NCBI RefSeq assembly: GCF_006345805.1
Contig: NW_021831994.1
Location: 1-64,000 of the forward strand
DNA from: Octopus sinensis
Lineage: Eukaryota
Length of the DNA stretch: 64,000 nucleotides
Reading direction: 5' to 3'
Shown: one piece after another, positions 12,506 to 25,802 of the stretch
Numbering within the stretch: the stretch's first letter is position 1
Layout: each line of letters starts with the position of its first letter
Made by a program: the position numbers and the translations under genes
The notes under the pieces: generated by a model
Told to the model about the DNA's origin: nothing
Databases searched by the model: none
Seen by the model: only the letters and a program-made list of their open reading frames with translations

Positions 12506-12930
12506 GTTAATCCAAACAAGAAAGTACAAAAAAACCCACAACGAAGGACGTGGAACAAATATAGTATTATTGGAGGCTCAGGAAAGAAGAAGGGTTTAAC
12601 GTTTCGAGCGGAGCTCTTCGTCGGAAACATAGGAGAAGGAAAGATCCAGAGAAGGGAAGACAGACGAAAAAAATCGCCAACGGTGCACACGCGGTACGTA
12701 CATACACATGTGCATATGTATACGTCTATACGTTTGCATGTGTGTGTGTCTCTGTGTTGGTATTTCACTCTGTCGCTGCTTTACGACCGATGTTAATTTG
12801 TTTAGTAGTTGAGCATCAAGGCGTAGTAGAATAAGCATCAGACTTAAAAATACTTTAGAGTAGTCTTTTCAAGGTGGTGCCCCAGCATGGCTGCAGTCCA
12901 ATGACTGAAACGTGTAAACGATAAACGATA
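12397..12930 (+). mobile_element. Family B SINE split at its internal (TA)n by a hammerhead-bearing element
   Basis: aaagccttgaaagtggacttggtggacggaaactgaaagaa lies before the insert and the family B tail (ccagcatggctgcagtccaatgactgaaac) lies after it. Confidence 0.8.
12505..12695 (-). mobile_element. Short Penelope-like (pLTR-like) element with a hammerhead-like motif, in (TA)n
   Basis: Second copy at 57317-57520. Minus strand 12594-12628 reads GTTT-CCGACGA-A-GAGC/TCC/GCTC-GAAA-CG-TT-AAAC. Confidence 0.75.
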
Positions 12931-14226
12931 TCGTCTGATTGTAATTTTTTTTAAACAAAGTGACTATGGTCGGCGATTTCTGTGAATATGTACTAAAACA
13001 TTACATAGGATTTCCTGTAAAGCTGACCTTAGGCTCGATTGAAAAAATATAGATACTATGGAATCTGTTATTTATTTTTTTACTTTTGTCATTCACTGGA
13101 CCATGGCCATGCTAGGGCACCATCTTGAACTTTAGTGGCAATTTAATGTAGTACTTGTTCTATCGTTTACATTTGGCAATCAGTAAGGGAGGGAGGAAAC
13201 TTAAAGATGAACGAATATATATACATACCTACAGACACATATATATGGTAGACTTTACATTGGTTGGTCTCAAGCTATATTAGAAGACTCTTGGCTAGAG
13301 TGCCGTGCAGTGGAATTGAAATCTAAGCATATTATTTCTACATAATATGTACATATTATTTCTTAAAATTCTGCAAAAGAATTGTTGGATTTACCTGTCA
13401 TACATGAGAATTTTCGTAGGATTTGTATTCTACTGACATTTACTGGTATCTAACTGTTCGAAATTAAATTCTATTCCTTTATACTGAGTGCTTACTTGAT
13501 ATATATATATAGATATATATATATACCTACATACACGCATTCTTCATTCTTCGATATCTTGTAGTTTTCAAATGATTCAATCCTGCTAGCTAGGCATTCA
13601 GGTCAATATTTTCTTGGACGGAAAGCTAATCTGTCGCGGGTTTACCAATTCACAGTCAGCGAAGCAACTTGAAATTAAGTATTTTGCTCAAACATACACA
13701 CTCACACAAACACACACACACAAATACACACACTTGCACACACACATATTATATAACATATTCATACACACACACACATATATATGTATATATGTTTATA
13801 TGTGTATATACCTATGATAGGTATGTGCGTGTGTATATAATGTGTGTGTGTCTTGTGCATTTGTGTGTGTGTTTGCGTGTGATTGAATGTATGTATCCAT
13901 ATATAAGCCTGTGCATGAGTAAATGATAGGAGAAACGAAATACGTAGTTTTATAAAAAAAAGAACATATATAGAATAGTTAGTCGGGACTTAGCGTTCAA
14001 TAAATTAAAAAAACCATACTGAAAATATGTAGTCAGATCGATAACGGTGATCAATATAACTTGTACGTATTGCCCCAGCATTGCCAGAGATGAATAACCG
14101 AAACCAAAATGGCGGTAAAGATGTTATAACAACTTGGTGTCTGGATGTAATAGAAAATAATAAAGAAGGGGATAAACATAGGACAGTATTAATAAAATCA
14201 ATATTATATTGAGACACACACTCACA

Positions 14227-14285
<59 letters not shown>

Positions 14286-14300
14286 ATACATACACACACA

Positions 14301-14360
<60 letters not shown>

Positions 14361-14400
14361 CATGTATACATACATATTGTATATACATATATATATATAC

Positions 14401-14504
<104 letters not shown>

Positions 14505-14613
14505 GTGTGTGGGGGGGGGTAGATAGATAGACAGATACATACATACTTACTATATACATATATACCACCCGCAGTCACACATATCTGCTAGTATTCATCT
14601 ATCTATCTAACCA

Positions 14614-14699
<86 letters not shown>

Positions 14700-15067
14700 C
14701 ATATATGTGTGTGTATGTATCTGTGTGTCCTGAGTGCTGCATGCATGCACAGGCATATATATAGAATATATATTACACGCCCAATGGGACGGAAAGAGCT
14801 GATGAAAATAGAAACCTATTACCAACTTACCACTGAAGGCCAAGAAAAGTATTAGAAAAGAAAGGTAAAGTTGATTAGAATATTAAGGAAACCTGACAAA
14901 AATAATAAAATAAAACTGGAACCATTTATTATGTATAGAAACGGAATTACAGCTACAATAGAAGGAAACGGTGGTGCTAATTACACAAACCTAAAACCTT
15001 TTTCAAAAAGCTAATAATGATTAATAAATACTAATAATAATAATAATGAATAATAATAATAATAATA

Positions 15068-15128
<61 letters not shown>

Positions 15129-15135
15129 TATAATA

Positions 15136-15820
15136 GAAACCATTGATCATGTTGTCTCCAAGTGCAGTGTTCTTGCGCCAACAGAATATCTCAACAGGCA
15201 TGATAGAGCTGCACAATATATTCACTGGGTAATTTGCAAAAGCCTGGACTTACCCCATGATAAAAACTGGTGGGAACACAAAACACCTCCAGTGCTTGAA
15301 AATGACCACATCTCACTCTTCTGGAACTTCACCATTCAAGCTGACAGAAAGATAGACGCGAATAGGCCAGACATCATAGTAAAAGACTTCAGACAAAAAA
15401 AAATCCCTCCTCATTGTATTGACTGTCCCAATCGATATAAACGTAATTGTCAAGACCTACCAGAAACTGAGCAAATATAAAGATCTGGAAATAGAAATCA
15501 GCAAAATGTGGAACCTGAAGACTAAAACAATACCTGTTGTCATATATGCCCTGGGAATAATAGCAAAAGGTGCTGATTGCTACCTAACTCAGATGCCAGG
15601 AAACCCCAAAATAGCAGAAATTCAAAAGATAGTGCTCATGGGAACTGCTCATATCCTACGCAAAATACTTTCTTTGTAATCTCAAGTTTTAAAACAAACA
15701 TAATTTTCGTATGGTTTTTTAGGCATTCACTAGTACAACACTAAGTACAAACCAAATATATGGCACCGAGGCATACACCACATGAACTTCCAATGTTGTC
15801 TCTTGAGGTCTCTGGGTGAG
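15136..15820 (+). mobile_element. 5'-truncated RLE-type non-LTR retrotransposon (R4/Dong-like): end of the CCHC knuckle, PD-(D/E)xK endonuclease and 3' UTR, inserted in (TAA)n
   Basis: ETIDHVVSKC..YLNRHD..WNFTIQADRKIDANRPDIIV, a frameshift, then KLSKYKDLEIEISKMWNLKTKTIPVVIYALG..IQKIVLMGTAHILRKILSL*. TAA arrays flank both sides. Confidence 0.92.
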
Positions 15821-15918
<98 letters not shown>

Positions 15919-15923
15919 TGATG

Positions 15924-16003
<80 letters not shown>

Positions 16004-16029
16004 TAATAATGATAGTCCTTTCTATTAGT

Positions 16030-16195
16030 CATTTACATTGACCCCAGTGTCTCATCGGCATTTAATTTATCAACCCCGAAAGGATGAAACACAAAGGTGA
16101 CCTTGGGGAAATTTGAACTCACAACGTACCGTCGGGCGAGATATCGCTAAGCATTTCGCCGAGCGTGCTAGCGATTCTGTCAGCTCACCGACTCA
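16030..16195 (-). mobile_element. Family A SINE (divergent)
   Basis: ccccgaaaggatgaaac..aatttgaactc..gctaagcatttcgcc motifs. Confidence 0.8.
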
Positions 16196-16217
16196 ATAAT
16201 AATAATAATTAATAATA

Positions 16218-16625
16218 ATGATATGGGACTATTATTTTGAGACGAAGCGTGTAATTGAAAACCATCGGCCGGATATTGTTACATTGAATAAGAGAGACAA
16301 ATACTGTCAGATCATTGATGTAGCCATACCAAATGACATGAATGTTGTAAGTAAAGAAGTTGGAAAAAATAACCAAGTACTCCGAATTGAAAGTGAAAAT
16401 AGCAAGAATGTATGGAATGCGAGAAGGTAACGTAAAATTGAACGGAGTATTTGGGCTCAATCCCACTGAAACTTCAAGACTTTTTAAGGCTACTGGAAAT
16501 CCCATGCAAGATTGATGTCTTGCAAAAAGCAGCCTTATTGGGCACAACGCACATCTTTGGGTAACTATTATCTGTCTCAGGTCCAAAGACTCCAGTGCAT
16601 TTTTACCAACACTGTTTTACGAAGG
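16218..16625 (+). mobile_element. RLE-type (R4/Dong-like) retrotransposon 3' fragment of a second family, in (TAA)n
   Basis: IWDYYFETKRVIENHRPDIVTLNKRDKYCQIIDVAIPNDMNV, then after frameshifts LQKAALLGTTHI. TAA repeats flank it. Confidence 0.85.
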
Positions 16626-16659
16626 AATAATGATAATAATATTAATAATAATAATGATG

Positions 16660-16848
16660 GTTTCAAATTTTGCCACAAAAGCAACCATTTGTTGGGGGAG
16701 GGGATGTGCCGATTACATTGAACCTAATGTTCAACTGGTACTTAATTTATCGACCCCGAAAAGAGCAAAGTCAAAGTCGACATCGGTGGAATTTGAACTC
16801 CAAGCTTTTCGCCCTGAGTGCTAAGGATTTTGCCAGTTTGCTGCCTTA
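16660..16848 (-). mobile_element. Family A SINE (divergent)
   Basis: aactggtacttaatttatcgaccccgaaa..aaagtcgacatcggtggaatttgaactc. Confidence 0.8.
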
Positions 16849-17268
16849 ACAACAGCAGCAGCAGCAGTAGCAACAACAACAAAAGCATAGTAATTCAAGA
16901 TAAAAAAGGAAAACGATAGCAGAAGCGGAGAAATATATAACAAACAACACATACATATATAAATGAAAAGTAAATATACCGATTCGTCAGTATCCTGTAC
17001 GACTGGACGGAGAGGATATGAACTAATTGTTAAGTCAACAGAGCGTCAATGGCATTGAAGTATAGACAGAGTAATGGAGGAAGAGCCGGTGATAATTGTT
17101 GTATATGATTGATGATGAGCTAGTGGTAATTTGTAAGATGAAGTGACACAAACAAAATGGATGGCTTCATCTGTGGGACATGCGCCATCGTTACATAGAT
17201 GAAACCAAGTATTTCATATACATTATAACATAATATCATATAATATACATTATATATATATACATAAT

Positions 17269-17359
<91 letters not shown>

Positions 17360-17671
17360 ATAACAATATCTATATATATAAATAAATATTCTATATATAT
17401 ATATATATAAATAAATATTCTTATATATATAATATATATATATATATATAATATATAATGTATGTATATATTATATATATATACGTAATATATAGTATGT
17501 ATGTATATGTATATATATATGGAGGTTATGAGAGGTATGGTGTCATTGAGACCCAAAGGTGTCAGGTGTCAGATTATTGGTGATTAATGCTATGGATAGA
17601 CTATAGTTAAGATCCAGGTTCGGTGATTATGCGAATAAGGGGTCCAACTTGGGTCATATGACAGCGTGTGT

Positions 17672-17886
17672 ATATAAAAAAAATATTTTTTCGTAATGAG
17701 ATAACAAACCAAGGCTGTGTAGATTTTAGAATATGTATATTATATCTTATCTAAATTAACTATTTCTTCTCATACCGTCTCCGGTGAAGGGATATAATAA
17801 ACATCCTAGAAACAGCTGTAAGACCTTTTTATAAATTTTCTAGACTCTTCACAACCTTAGTTTATCTCATTACAAAAACAAATGTT
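17672..17886 (+). mobile_element. Penelope-like inverted-repeat element with a hammerhead-like motif
   Basis: Imperfect inverted arms (~17683-17731 / ~17838-17885). 17777-17824 reads GTCT-CCGGTGA-A-GGGAT..ATCCT-A-GAAA-CAGCTG-TA-AGAC. TA-rich flanks. Confidence 0.7.
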
Positions 17887-17921
17887 ATATATGTATATAT
17901 GTATATGTACATATATGTGTA

Positions 17922-17975
<54 letters not shown>

Positions 17976-19068
17976 AGTATATATATAATATATATTCTAC
18001 AGACAGACACAGGGAAGTTGTTGGTGAACTGCATCAAATCTCGTTCTCAAATATTACATTATTGACACCCTCCTGCATTATGCGCGCCACGTACTCCTGC
18101 AGTTATCCAGATTCATGTGACATAGCTACAGTGGAACAATAAATGGTTATACCTTAAGAAGAAAAGGAAAAGTGGTGATTATGTATCTATGGAAGGACAT
18201 ACAACCAGATTGATTTGAGGAACGTCACTAGGTACCTAGATTCGACACCAGAGATATTTACGAGATATATGCATCTAAGCAAATCTGTGTTGTGAAAATA
18301 GAGGTGTTACTCCACCGAATTAGACACGCGTTAATCCTTCTCCTATTCAAATAACCTAATAACCAGTTAAGAATTACATGCTGATAACTAAAGTTTATAT
18401 ATGCACTAATAAAGCATGTTACAACATTTTTTTCCATGTACACTCAGCCTTGACTTTCTTCTTCCTCTCAATATGAGACATTTTCTGACAATCTCAAAAC
18501 TCATGTCCTGATTAAAGGGGCATAGCCTGTTTCTGAAGAATCGTTTCCATTCACCTCAGAACATTTCTTCTCGTACTCACTCGTTTTTTTCTCGTATATT
18601 CTCACCGCATAACCATTAATTGTATGCCTGTCAATGTATGTTTGTACTTGTGTCTAAAATATTCACCTTCAACATTTATAGATACTTGCTATTTGAAAAG
18701 ACAATACTTCTATAAATTTGGTCGCGACCCCGTAGGTAAGAATATATTAGCGAACATGAAAGAAAGCACCATGTGGACATCTGAAATAAATGCTAGCATA
18801 TTCGCAGCAAGCCTAGCATAGGATGATGACGACGAGGATGATGACGACGATGATGATGACGACGGTGATGACGGCGATGATCTCGTTGAAGATGATGATG
18901 CGGAGGAGGAACAACGATGATGACGCCGATGTCTAGTATGATGATCTTGATGATGATGGTTTTGAAGATAAGGGTAATAACGATGACGAAGAGGTTGACA
19001 ACGACGAAGAATATGATGATGATGATGATGATGATGGTAGGTGTTAGTGGTGGTGATAAAGATGATGA

Positions 19069-19100
<32 letters not shown>

Positions 19101-19434
19101 ATAATGAGGATGATGGTGATGAAGATAACACAGTGATGACTATTGCAAGTCGTCTCTGACAAAACAGTCAAAACAAACACTCTAGATGCCAAAATTGAAA
19201 TTAAAACACTTAAAACTTGTACAGTGATGGACATGGCGATAAATTCTGAATATATCAACGCTTGAAAGGAGACAGAGAAATTCCGGAAGTATAAGAAAAC
19301 TGGAAATGTAATTTCATTTTGCCTTTGTATACATTCTTTAGAACGAAAAGAGCTGCTTTTGATCATTTATAAGGTTTGCAAAACTGGTTAGAAAGAGTTG
19401 AGAAAATTATCCTAAACACTCCTACGCCTCAGCA

Positions 19435-19845
19435 TAGGCGTAGGAGTGGCTGTGTGGTAAGTAGCTTGCTTACGGACTACATGGTTCCGGGTTCAGTCAC
19501 ACTGCGTGACACCTTGGGTAAGTGTCTTCTACTATAGCCTCGGGCCGTCCAAAGCTTTGCGAGTGGATTTGGTAGACGGAAACTGAAAGAAGCTCGTCGT
19601 ATATATGTATATGTATATATATATATATGCGTGTGTGTGTATATGTTTGTGTGTCTGTGTTTGTCAACCCAGCATCGCTTGACAACCGATGCTGGTGTGT
19701 TTACGTCACCGTAACGTAGCGGTTCGGCAAAAGACACCGATAGAATAAGTACTAGGCTTACAAAGAATAAGTGATCGACTAAAGGCGGTGGTCCAGCATG
19801 GCCACAGTCAAATGACTGAAACAAGTAAAAAGGTAAAAGAGTAAA
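19435..19845 (+). mobile_element. Full-length family B SINE
   Basis: taggcgtaggagtggctgtgtggtaag...gacaccttgggtaagt (CORE-like)...aaatgactgaaacaagtaaaa. Confidence 0.93.
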
Positions 19846-19974
19846 CTCAAGCCCCCCGCCCCAATTATTGCAACTTAGTGGAGTGGTATAACGTTACACA
19901 GAGGCGAAGTATGAGTATAGATATTGTACATATAACAAGTGTTACAGTGAGTAAAAGAAAGAGGGACATGTTCC

Positions 19975-20208
19975 TTCCCGAATCATAGAGGGCCGGTTTT
20001 CCGGTTTCATGGCCTATATATAATCCCCACCTGGATAGGACGCTAGTCCATCGCAGGATTACTCATTTTCGCCAGCTGAGCTGACTGGAGCAAAGTGAAA
20101 TGAAATGCTTTGCTCAGGAACACAACGCGTCGCCTGGCCCAGGAATCGAAATCACAATCTTCAGTTCACGAATCCAACATCCTAAATACTAGGCCACGCT
20201 TTTCCACT
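19975..20208 (-). mobile_element. Family D SINE
   Basis: Reverse complement has a tRNA-like head (atttcgattcctgggcc) and a body homologous to 9672-9885. Confidence 0.75.
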
Positions 20209-20257
20209 TACTGTGAGTATGGTACAAAATGAATATTACAATGAGCCCAAGCAAAAT

Positions 20258-20472
20258 ATTGGTTTCAAATTTCGGCACAACGCAAACAAGTTCAGAGGAA
20301 GGGTTAAGTCAATTGGATCGACCCCAGTACGAAACTGGTACTTAATTTATCGAACACGAAGGCATGAACAGCAAAGTCGACCTCGACGGAATTTGAACTC
20401 AGCCCGTAAAGACGGGCGAAATACCGCTAATCATTTTCCCCGATGTAATAACGACACTGCCAACTCGTCGCT
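20258..20472 (-). mobile_element. Family A SINE (alternative tail)
   Basis: aaagtcgacctcgacggaatttgaactc and aaataccgctaa motifs. Confidence 0.82.
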
Positions 20473-20922
20473 GTATCTCAATCTAAAATATTTGGCGTAA
20501 ATATAAGTACACTTGTACACACACTTCAAAAGCACTGGCCTACTAAATTCATCACATTATCTATATAATAAAAATTCGCTAACATATATCACAGAGGTCA
20601 GAATATATAGGATATATTATAAATTCATTTTAATTCCTCTGGGAATGGAAATTAAAATTTATTTAAAAGCGGTATTTATTAAACGCGGTGTTTACAGGAC
20701 GCAAAAAAAAGGTGACTGAGATGAAATTTAATACAACAGATGATATCGCTCTGCACGGGGATTTCATCATTCCGCACCGGTATAAAATGCATACAGATGA
20801 CAACGTACACATACAAAGATATATGCATATGTGTATGTGTATACCTTTCTGGACAGAGAGAGAGCAGGAGGAATACCTGCACAAAAACACACGCACACAC
20901 ACATATATATATATATATACAT

Positions 20923-20957
<35 letters not shown>

Positions 20958-20979
20958 CATACACACACACACACACACA

Positions 20980-21011
<32 letters not shown>

Positions 21012-21271
21012 GTTTGTATATATGTATATATATATAAAATGGATAGACAGATAGATAGGCAGACAGATAGATAGACGTACAGAGATATGCAGATGAAGAT
21101 GTCTACAGATATCTATCTATTTAACAATCTACCTATTTATATCTAGCTAACTATCTGCTTATCTCTCTCTCTCTGTATATGTATTTATGTATGTGTGTGT
21201 CCGTATATGCTTGCGTATGTGCACGTGGTATGTTTGCGTATGTATGTCTGTATAAATATACATCTATATGC

Positions 21272-21320
<49 letters not shown>

Positions 21321-22032
21321 CAGATAGACAGGCTGATACGGGTATATAAAGTCACGTGTCGTGCGTAAAATCTAAATAAATAGACTTTCATGAAAAAGGC
21401 GAGGGTAGGGATGAATGACACACGAAAGTACACACCTCCCCGCTCATCACAAAAAGTAACGGAAACGGAAATATGTAGAAATACTTGTGAAATACTTGAA
21501 GAATATTGTCAATTCTCTGAGTAAATTTACTCTGTCAGGAAATCTCTTCAAGTCAAGAATTGTCTCATAACGTTCAGAATCTCATAACGGCCAGTGCTGT
21601 TTGATTAAGAGTAGAAACGAGTGGCTCTGTTTAAGAAAAGAACATTATAAGACAAAGGATTTGGCAAACAACACACACATACACACACACTCTCAAACAC
21701 ATATACATGAAAATATAAATCCAGCCACATATTGATATTGTTACATACACACACACACAGCAGCATGCAAAACCAACGTACTCAGACTGATACACATTCA
21801 CATAATTACATACATTAACGGTGAGAGAGCCGGGAAGGAAGGGCAGCAATGACATAGAAAGAGAGAAAAGGGCAGAGAAAGAATGAGGAAACAGAAAGAG
21901 CGTGAGAGAGAAAGACGACTGTGTTTCAAAGAGACTTATAGATAGACAGTTTCGTTATCAATTGCCCAGCATTCTCCGAAAACACTAGTCTCCAGATTGG
22001 ATTTTCTGAGTATAATATAACATACCAAACAT

Positions 22033-22465
22033 GCATGGCCGTGTGGTTAAGAAGCTCGCTTAGTTTCAAGTTCAGTCCGACAGCACAGCACTTTGGCCTT
22101 CTACTTTGGCGCCGGGCCTATCAATGCCTTGTAAGTGAATTTAGTAGACGGCAACTATGTGGAATTCCGTTATAAACGTGTGTGTGCGTGCGTGTGTGTA
22201 TGTGTGTATGAGTATACGTGTGTGCGCGTGTGTGTGTAAGTGTGTGTGTGTGTGTATGAGTGTGTGAGTATGAGTGTGTATCCTACCGTTCGAGAACCGA
22301 TCTTGTTTTGTTTCCATACTTGTTCTTTAGCGGTTCAGGGAAAGATACAGACAAAATTAGAACTAGTTTTTAAAACGTACTGGGGTCTATTTGTTGGGAT
22401 ACATCCTCTAATGTAGTGCCCTAACATAAGCGAATTCCAATGACTGAAGCAAGTAAAAGATTAGA
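22033..22465 (+). mobile_element. Degenerate family B SINE
   Basis: ggccgtgtggttaagaagctcgc...gccttgtaagtgaatttagtagacggcaact...caatgactgaagcaagtaaaaga. Confidence 0.7.
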
Positions 22466-22885
22466 AAGAAAAGGTTACTTCTTACTTTATTTCAGCAACC
22501 ACGACTCAGCTCTAGACTTCAAACTTCAATCCGAGACATGAATTCGTCTAAAGTGATATTCATACCTTCCTGAAAAGATATCGTTGACCAGGTATCGAAA
22601 TGCGATTTACCGCTAAATTTGTAGTATCAGCATCCCAGATGGCGGATACGTGAGTATAGTGTGCTAAAACGTTAGAAACAACATTGAAAATCGACAAATT
22701 TATTGTGCATTTTCTTGAACGAATCTTGAAAGTAATTTTCTTGCTGCCCTAAAGACGGATCAGCATTTGTGTGAACCCTTGCTCACGTTGGGTGCAGTTT
22801 CACATAAAAATACTTATTAAAGCCGTAGGTGACTTTGAGAGGGCCTGAACCCATAGTGCAGGAGCAAATAAGGAAACGAAACTGT

Positions 22886-23190
22886 CGCTCCGTCGGTTAT
22901 GATTACGAGGGTTCCAGGTGATCCTAACAATGGAAGAGTCAGCTCGTGAAATGAACGTGCAAGTGACTGAGTACTCCACAGACACGCGTACCTTTAACAT
23001 AGTTCTCAGGGAAATTCAGCATGACACAGAAAGTGATATGTCTGGCTCCTCGAAACCGTCGTACTACCCATTACATTAGACGAGTGTACTAGAAATGCGC
23101 AATAAATTGTCTTGGTCGAGGACGCATCACACTAAACCACGTGACAACACGCATGCCATCCGACTTTTAAACGATTCAGCCAATACATCT
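22886..23190 (-). mobile_element. Degenerate SINE with a family C tail
   Basis: cgctccgtcggtta..gagggttcc..ctcgtgaaat..ctccacagacacg matches the reverse complement of 6840-6970. Confidence 0.7.
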
Positions 23191-23953
23191 CCGATCTAGC
23201 TGAAGTAATTGTAATTTATAGCTTGAGAATACAATCGCTAAATTATCTGACAAAATTCTCAAATATATATTTATTTACACCTATTTACTTTTACTAGCAC
23301 AATCAATTATATTACATTTGAATAAGCGACTTTAGTTTTCTCCTCATCTATATTCTATTAAATTTTAAATTTTTGTTTCAATCATTTATTTAACCAGTTA
23401 GAGGGTATCAAATAGTCTTGAACCACGCGTTTTAGTTCGTAGATACAGAGATATTAAGAGCGGTTTTACTCAGCAAAGTTTTGATAACGGTTTGAGGGGA
23501 AAATAAATATCTGACATTTCAGGAAGTCCATAATTATTCTTTTATGCATAATATATTACTCTGTAATATAACTTACTTCAAAGGACACGTTCTTTCGATT
23601 TGCTCGTAGAGAAAATAGGTAAATTTCCTTCAAACTCCACTAAACAAAAACAAAACAATCGCGTTTGATATCGTTGTTTATTATGTGAGAAAACAAAAAA
23701 AAATACGAAATATAAATATGCTTCATTATCGTTTTTCAGCGGAAAATACTAAGTTAGTAGTCAATGACCGAGTGTTTTGCGCATGACATTTGATAAATGC
23801 CAAGCAGGAAACTCTCGGTCCATTTTGTAATTCCTGCCTAGAAAAATAATATGCACCCTCGTATATTGAGTTCTATTGATCTCTTGGTTGTGCCTAATTT
23901 GGTCATATCTATGTATGTATGTATGTATGTATGTATCTATCTATCTATCTCTC

Positions 23954-23984
<31 letters not shown>

Positions 23985-24043
23985 GCTATATATATATATA
24001 TATATGTATATAATATAATAATTATATGTATATGTATATTATA

Positions 24044-24097
<54 letters not shown>

Positions 24098-24099
<2 letters not shown>

Positions 24100-24494
24100 A
24101 AATAAACAACAGGATGTCCAGAGATGATGCAGTACGATCGTTTCAAGCGACTCCATTTAATTAAACAATGGAATACGCACTTTAATTTAAACACAAGTCT
24201 ATCCTCACTTGCATAAATAAATAGAATTTTCTTAATCAGTCGGATGCATTTTCATAATTTTACTTAAATACTTGAACAGAGTATTTAGGATAGCCCTGCA
24301 TTTAAATCGATATAATGACTGCATTGTTCAATTAAATGGATCCGATTGAAACGGTCGTACTGCATCACCCCTGGATATCCTGTTGCTTATATTGTTTTTA
24401 TTCGCCTTATTTTGAAGTTATACAGTTAATACCGCAGTAATATTTGTTGATTCAATTAAGTACCTAATTCATCTGAATCTCAATTATTTAGCTT

Positions 24495-24495
<1 letters not shown>
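24098..24495 (-). mobile_element. Penelope-like element: inverted repeat (~24098-24205 / ~24287-24394) plus one-sided tail, in (TA)n/(CA)n
   Basis: The arms are reverse complements. The same family, including the tail, occurs at 52720-52990. Confidence 0.75.
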
Positions 24496-24585
<90 letters not shown>

Positions 24586-25041
24586 AGTTATGGTATAATA
24601 TGTTAAGAACGTAGTAGAGTAGAGTTTAAAGCTCGTCCACCTTCAGATTTCACCGTGTGTTATCCAGTAAGTAGTATTATGCGTACTTCCAGATTTGTGT
24701 TTGGGATTCTGTACTGTGTGAACAGATCACTAAAATAAAGTCAACAAGAAGAAGCACGGTTGGACATTTGTTTTCAATGACTACAATTGTTTCTACTCAA
24801 TGTAGTTCTCCAAACATGCAGTTAGTTGACTATGTAACTGTCTCCCTGCATTATGAGAGGCAGACGATATGTAAACGTTGTCTCCGTGATTTTAAATTCT
24901 TTGATTCAAGATCATCTTCTCGGTTAGTGGTTATCTGGAGTGAGTAGTACCCACTGAGTTTATCAAAAGATGTTTTGTGGCTGAAGATCCGCTGAGAAAA
25001 TACTCTGAATGTGTAGATGTAGTAGGACGGTGAGCCTATAT

Positions 25042-25109
<68 letters not shown>

Positions 25110-25312
25110 GTGTGTGTATGTGTGTGTATGTATACAAGCACACAGAAACAAACATACATATATATTTATAGGTATATATATTTAAATCTTATGTACTTGA
25201 GAATGGTGAGGTAATGTGAATTATATAGCTAACATGATTGTGAAACAGCTGTAAAGTAATGGTATAAATACCAGCTCTCTCGCTTTTTTTCTCTCATCTG
25301 ATCAATTGCTAC

Positions 25313-25356
<44 letters not shown>

Positions 25357-25757
25357 TTGCCCGTGTGTGCGTGCGTGTGTGTTTGTGTTTGTCCCACATT
25401 ACCGCTTGACAAATGGTACTTGTTTGTTTCCGCAACTTAACGTGTCGGGAATAGCGAAAGATAATACAGTTATAAAAACAAATTAACCTCGGTACTGCCG
25501 TGGAAGAAATGCTTTCAATCAAGGATTTCCTTGTTTGTGCTATCGTGGACCTGACAATAGCTACAACATGTTTGCGTAACTGTTATATTTGTAAATCTAT
25601 GCCTAATATTACCACGCTACACTTCTATTTTCATATATTTCTATATATTTCTATATATTTCTTTTCTTGCATTTGGTTTCCATAAGCTGTACTTATGTCT
25701 GAATGGAATGTAACCTACCAATCTGTCTTTCTTTCTTTCTCTCTCTTTCTGTATATA

Positions 25758-25796
<39 letters not shown>

Positions 25797-25802
<6 letters not shown>

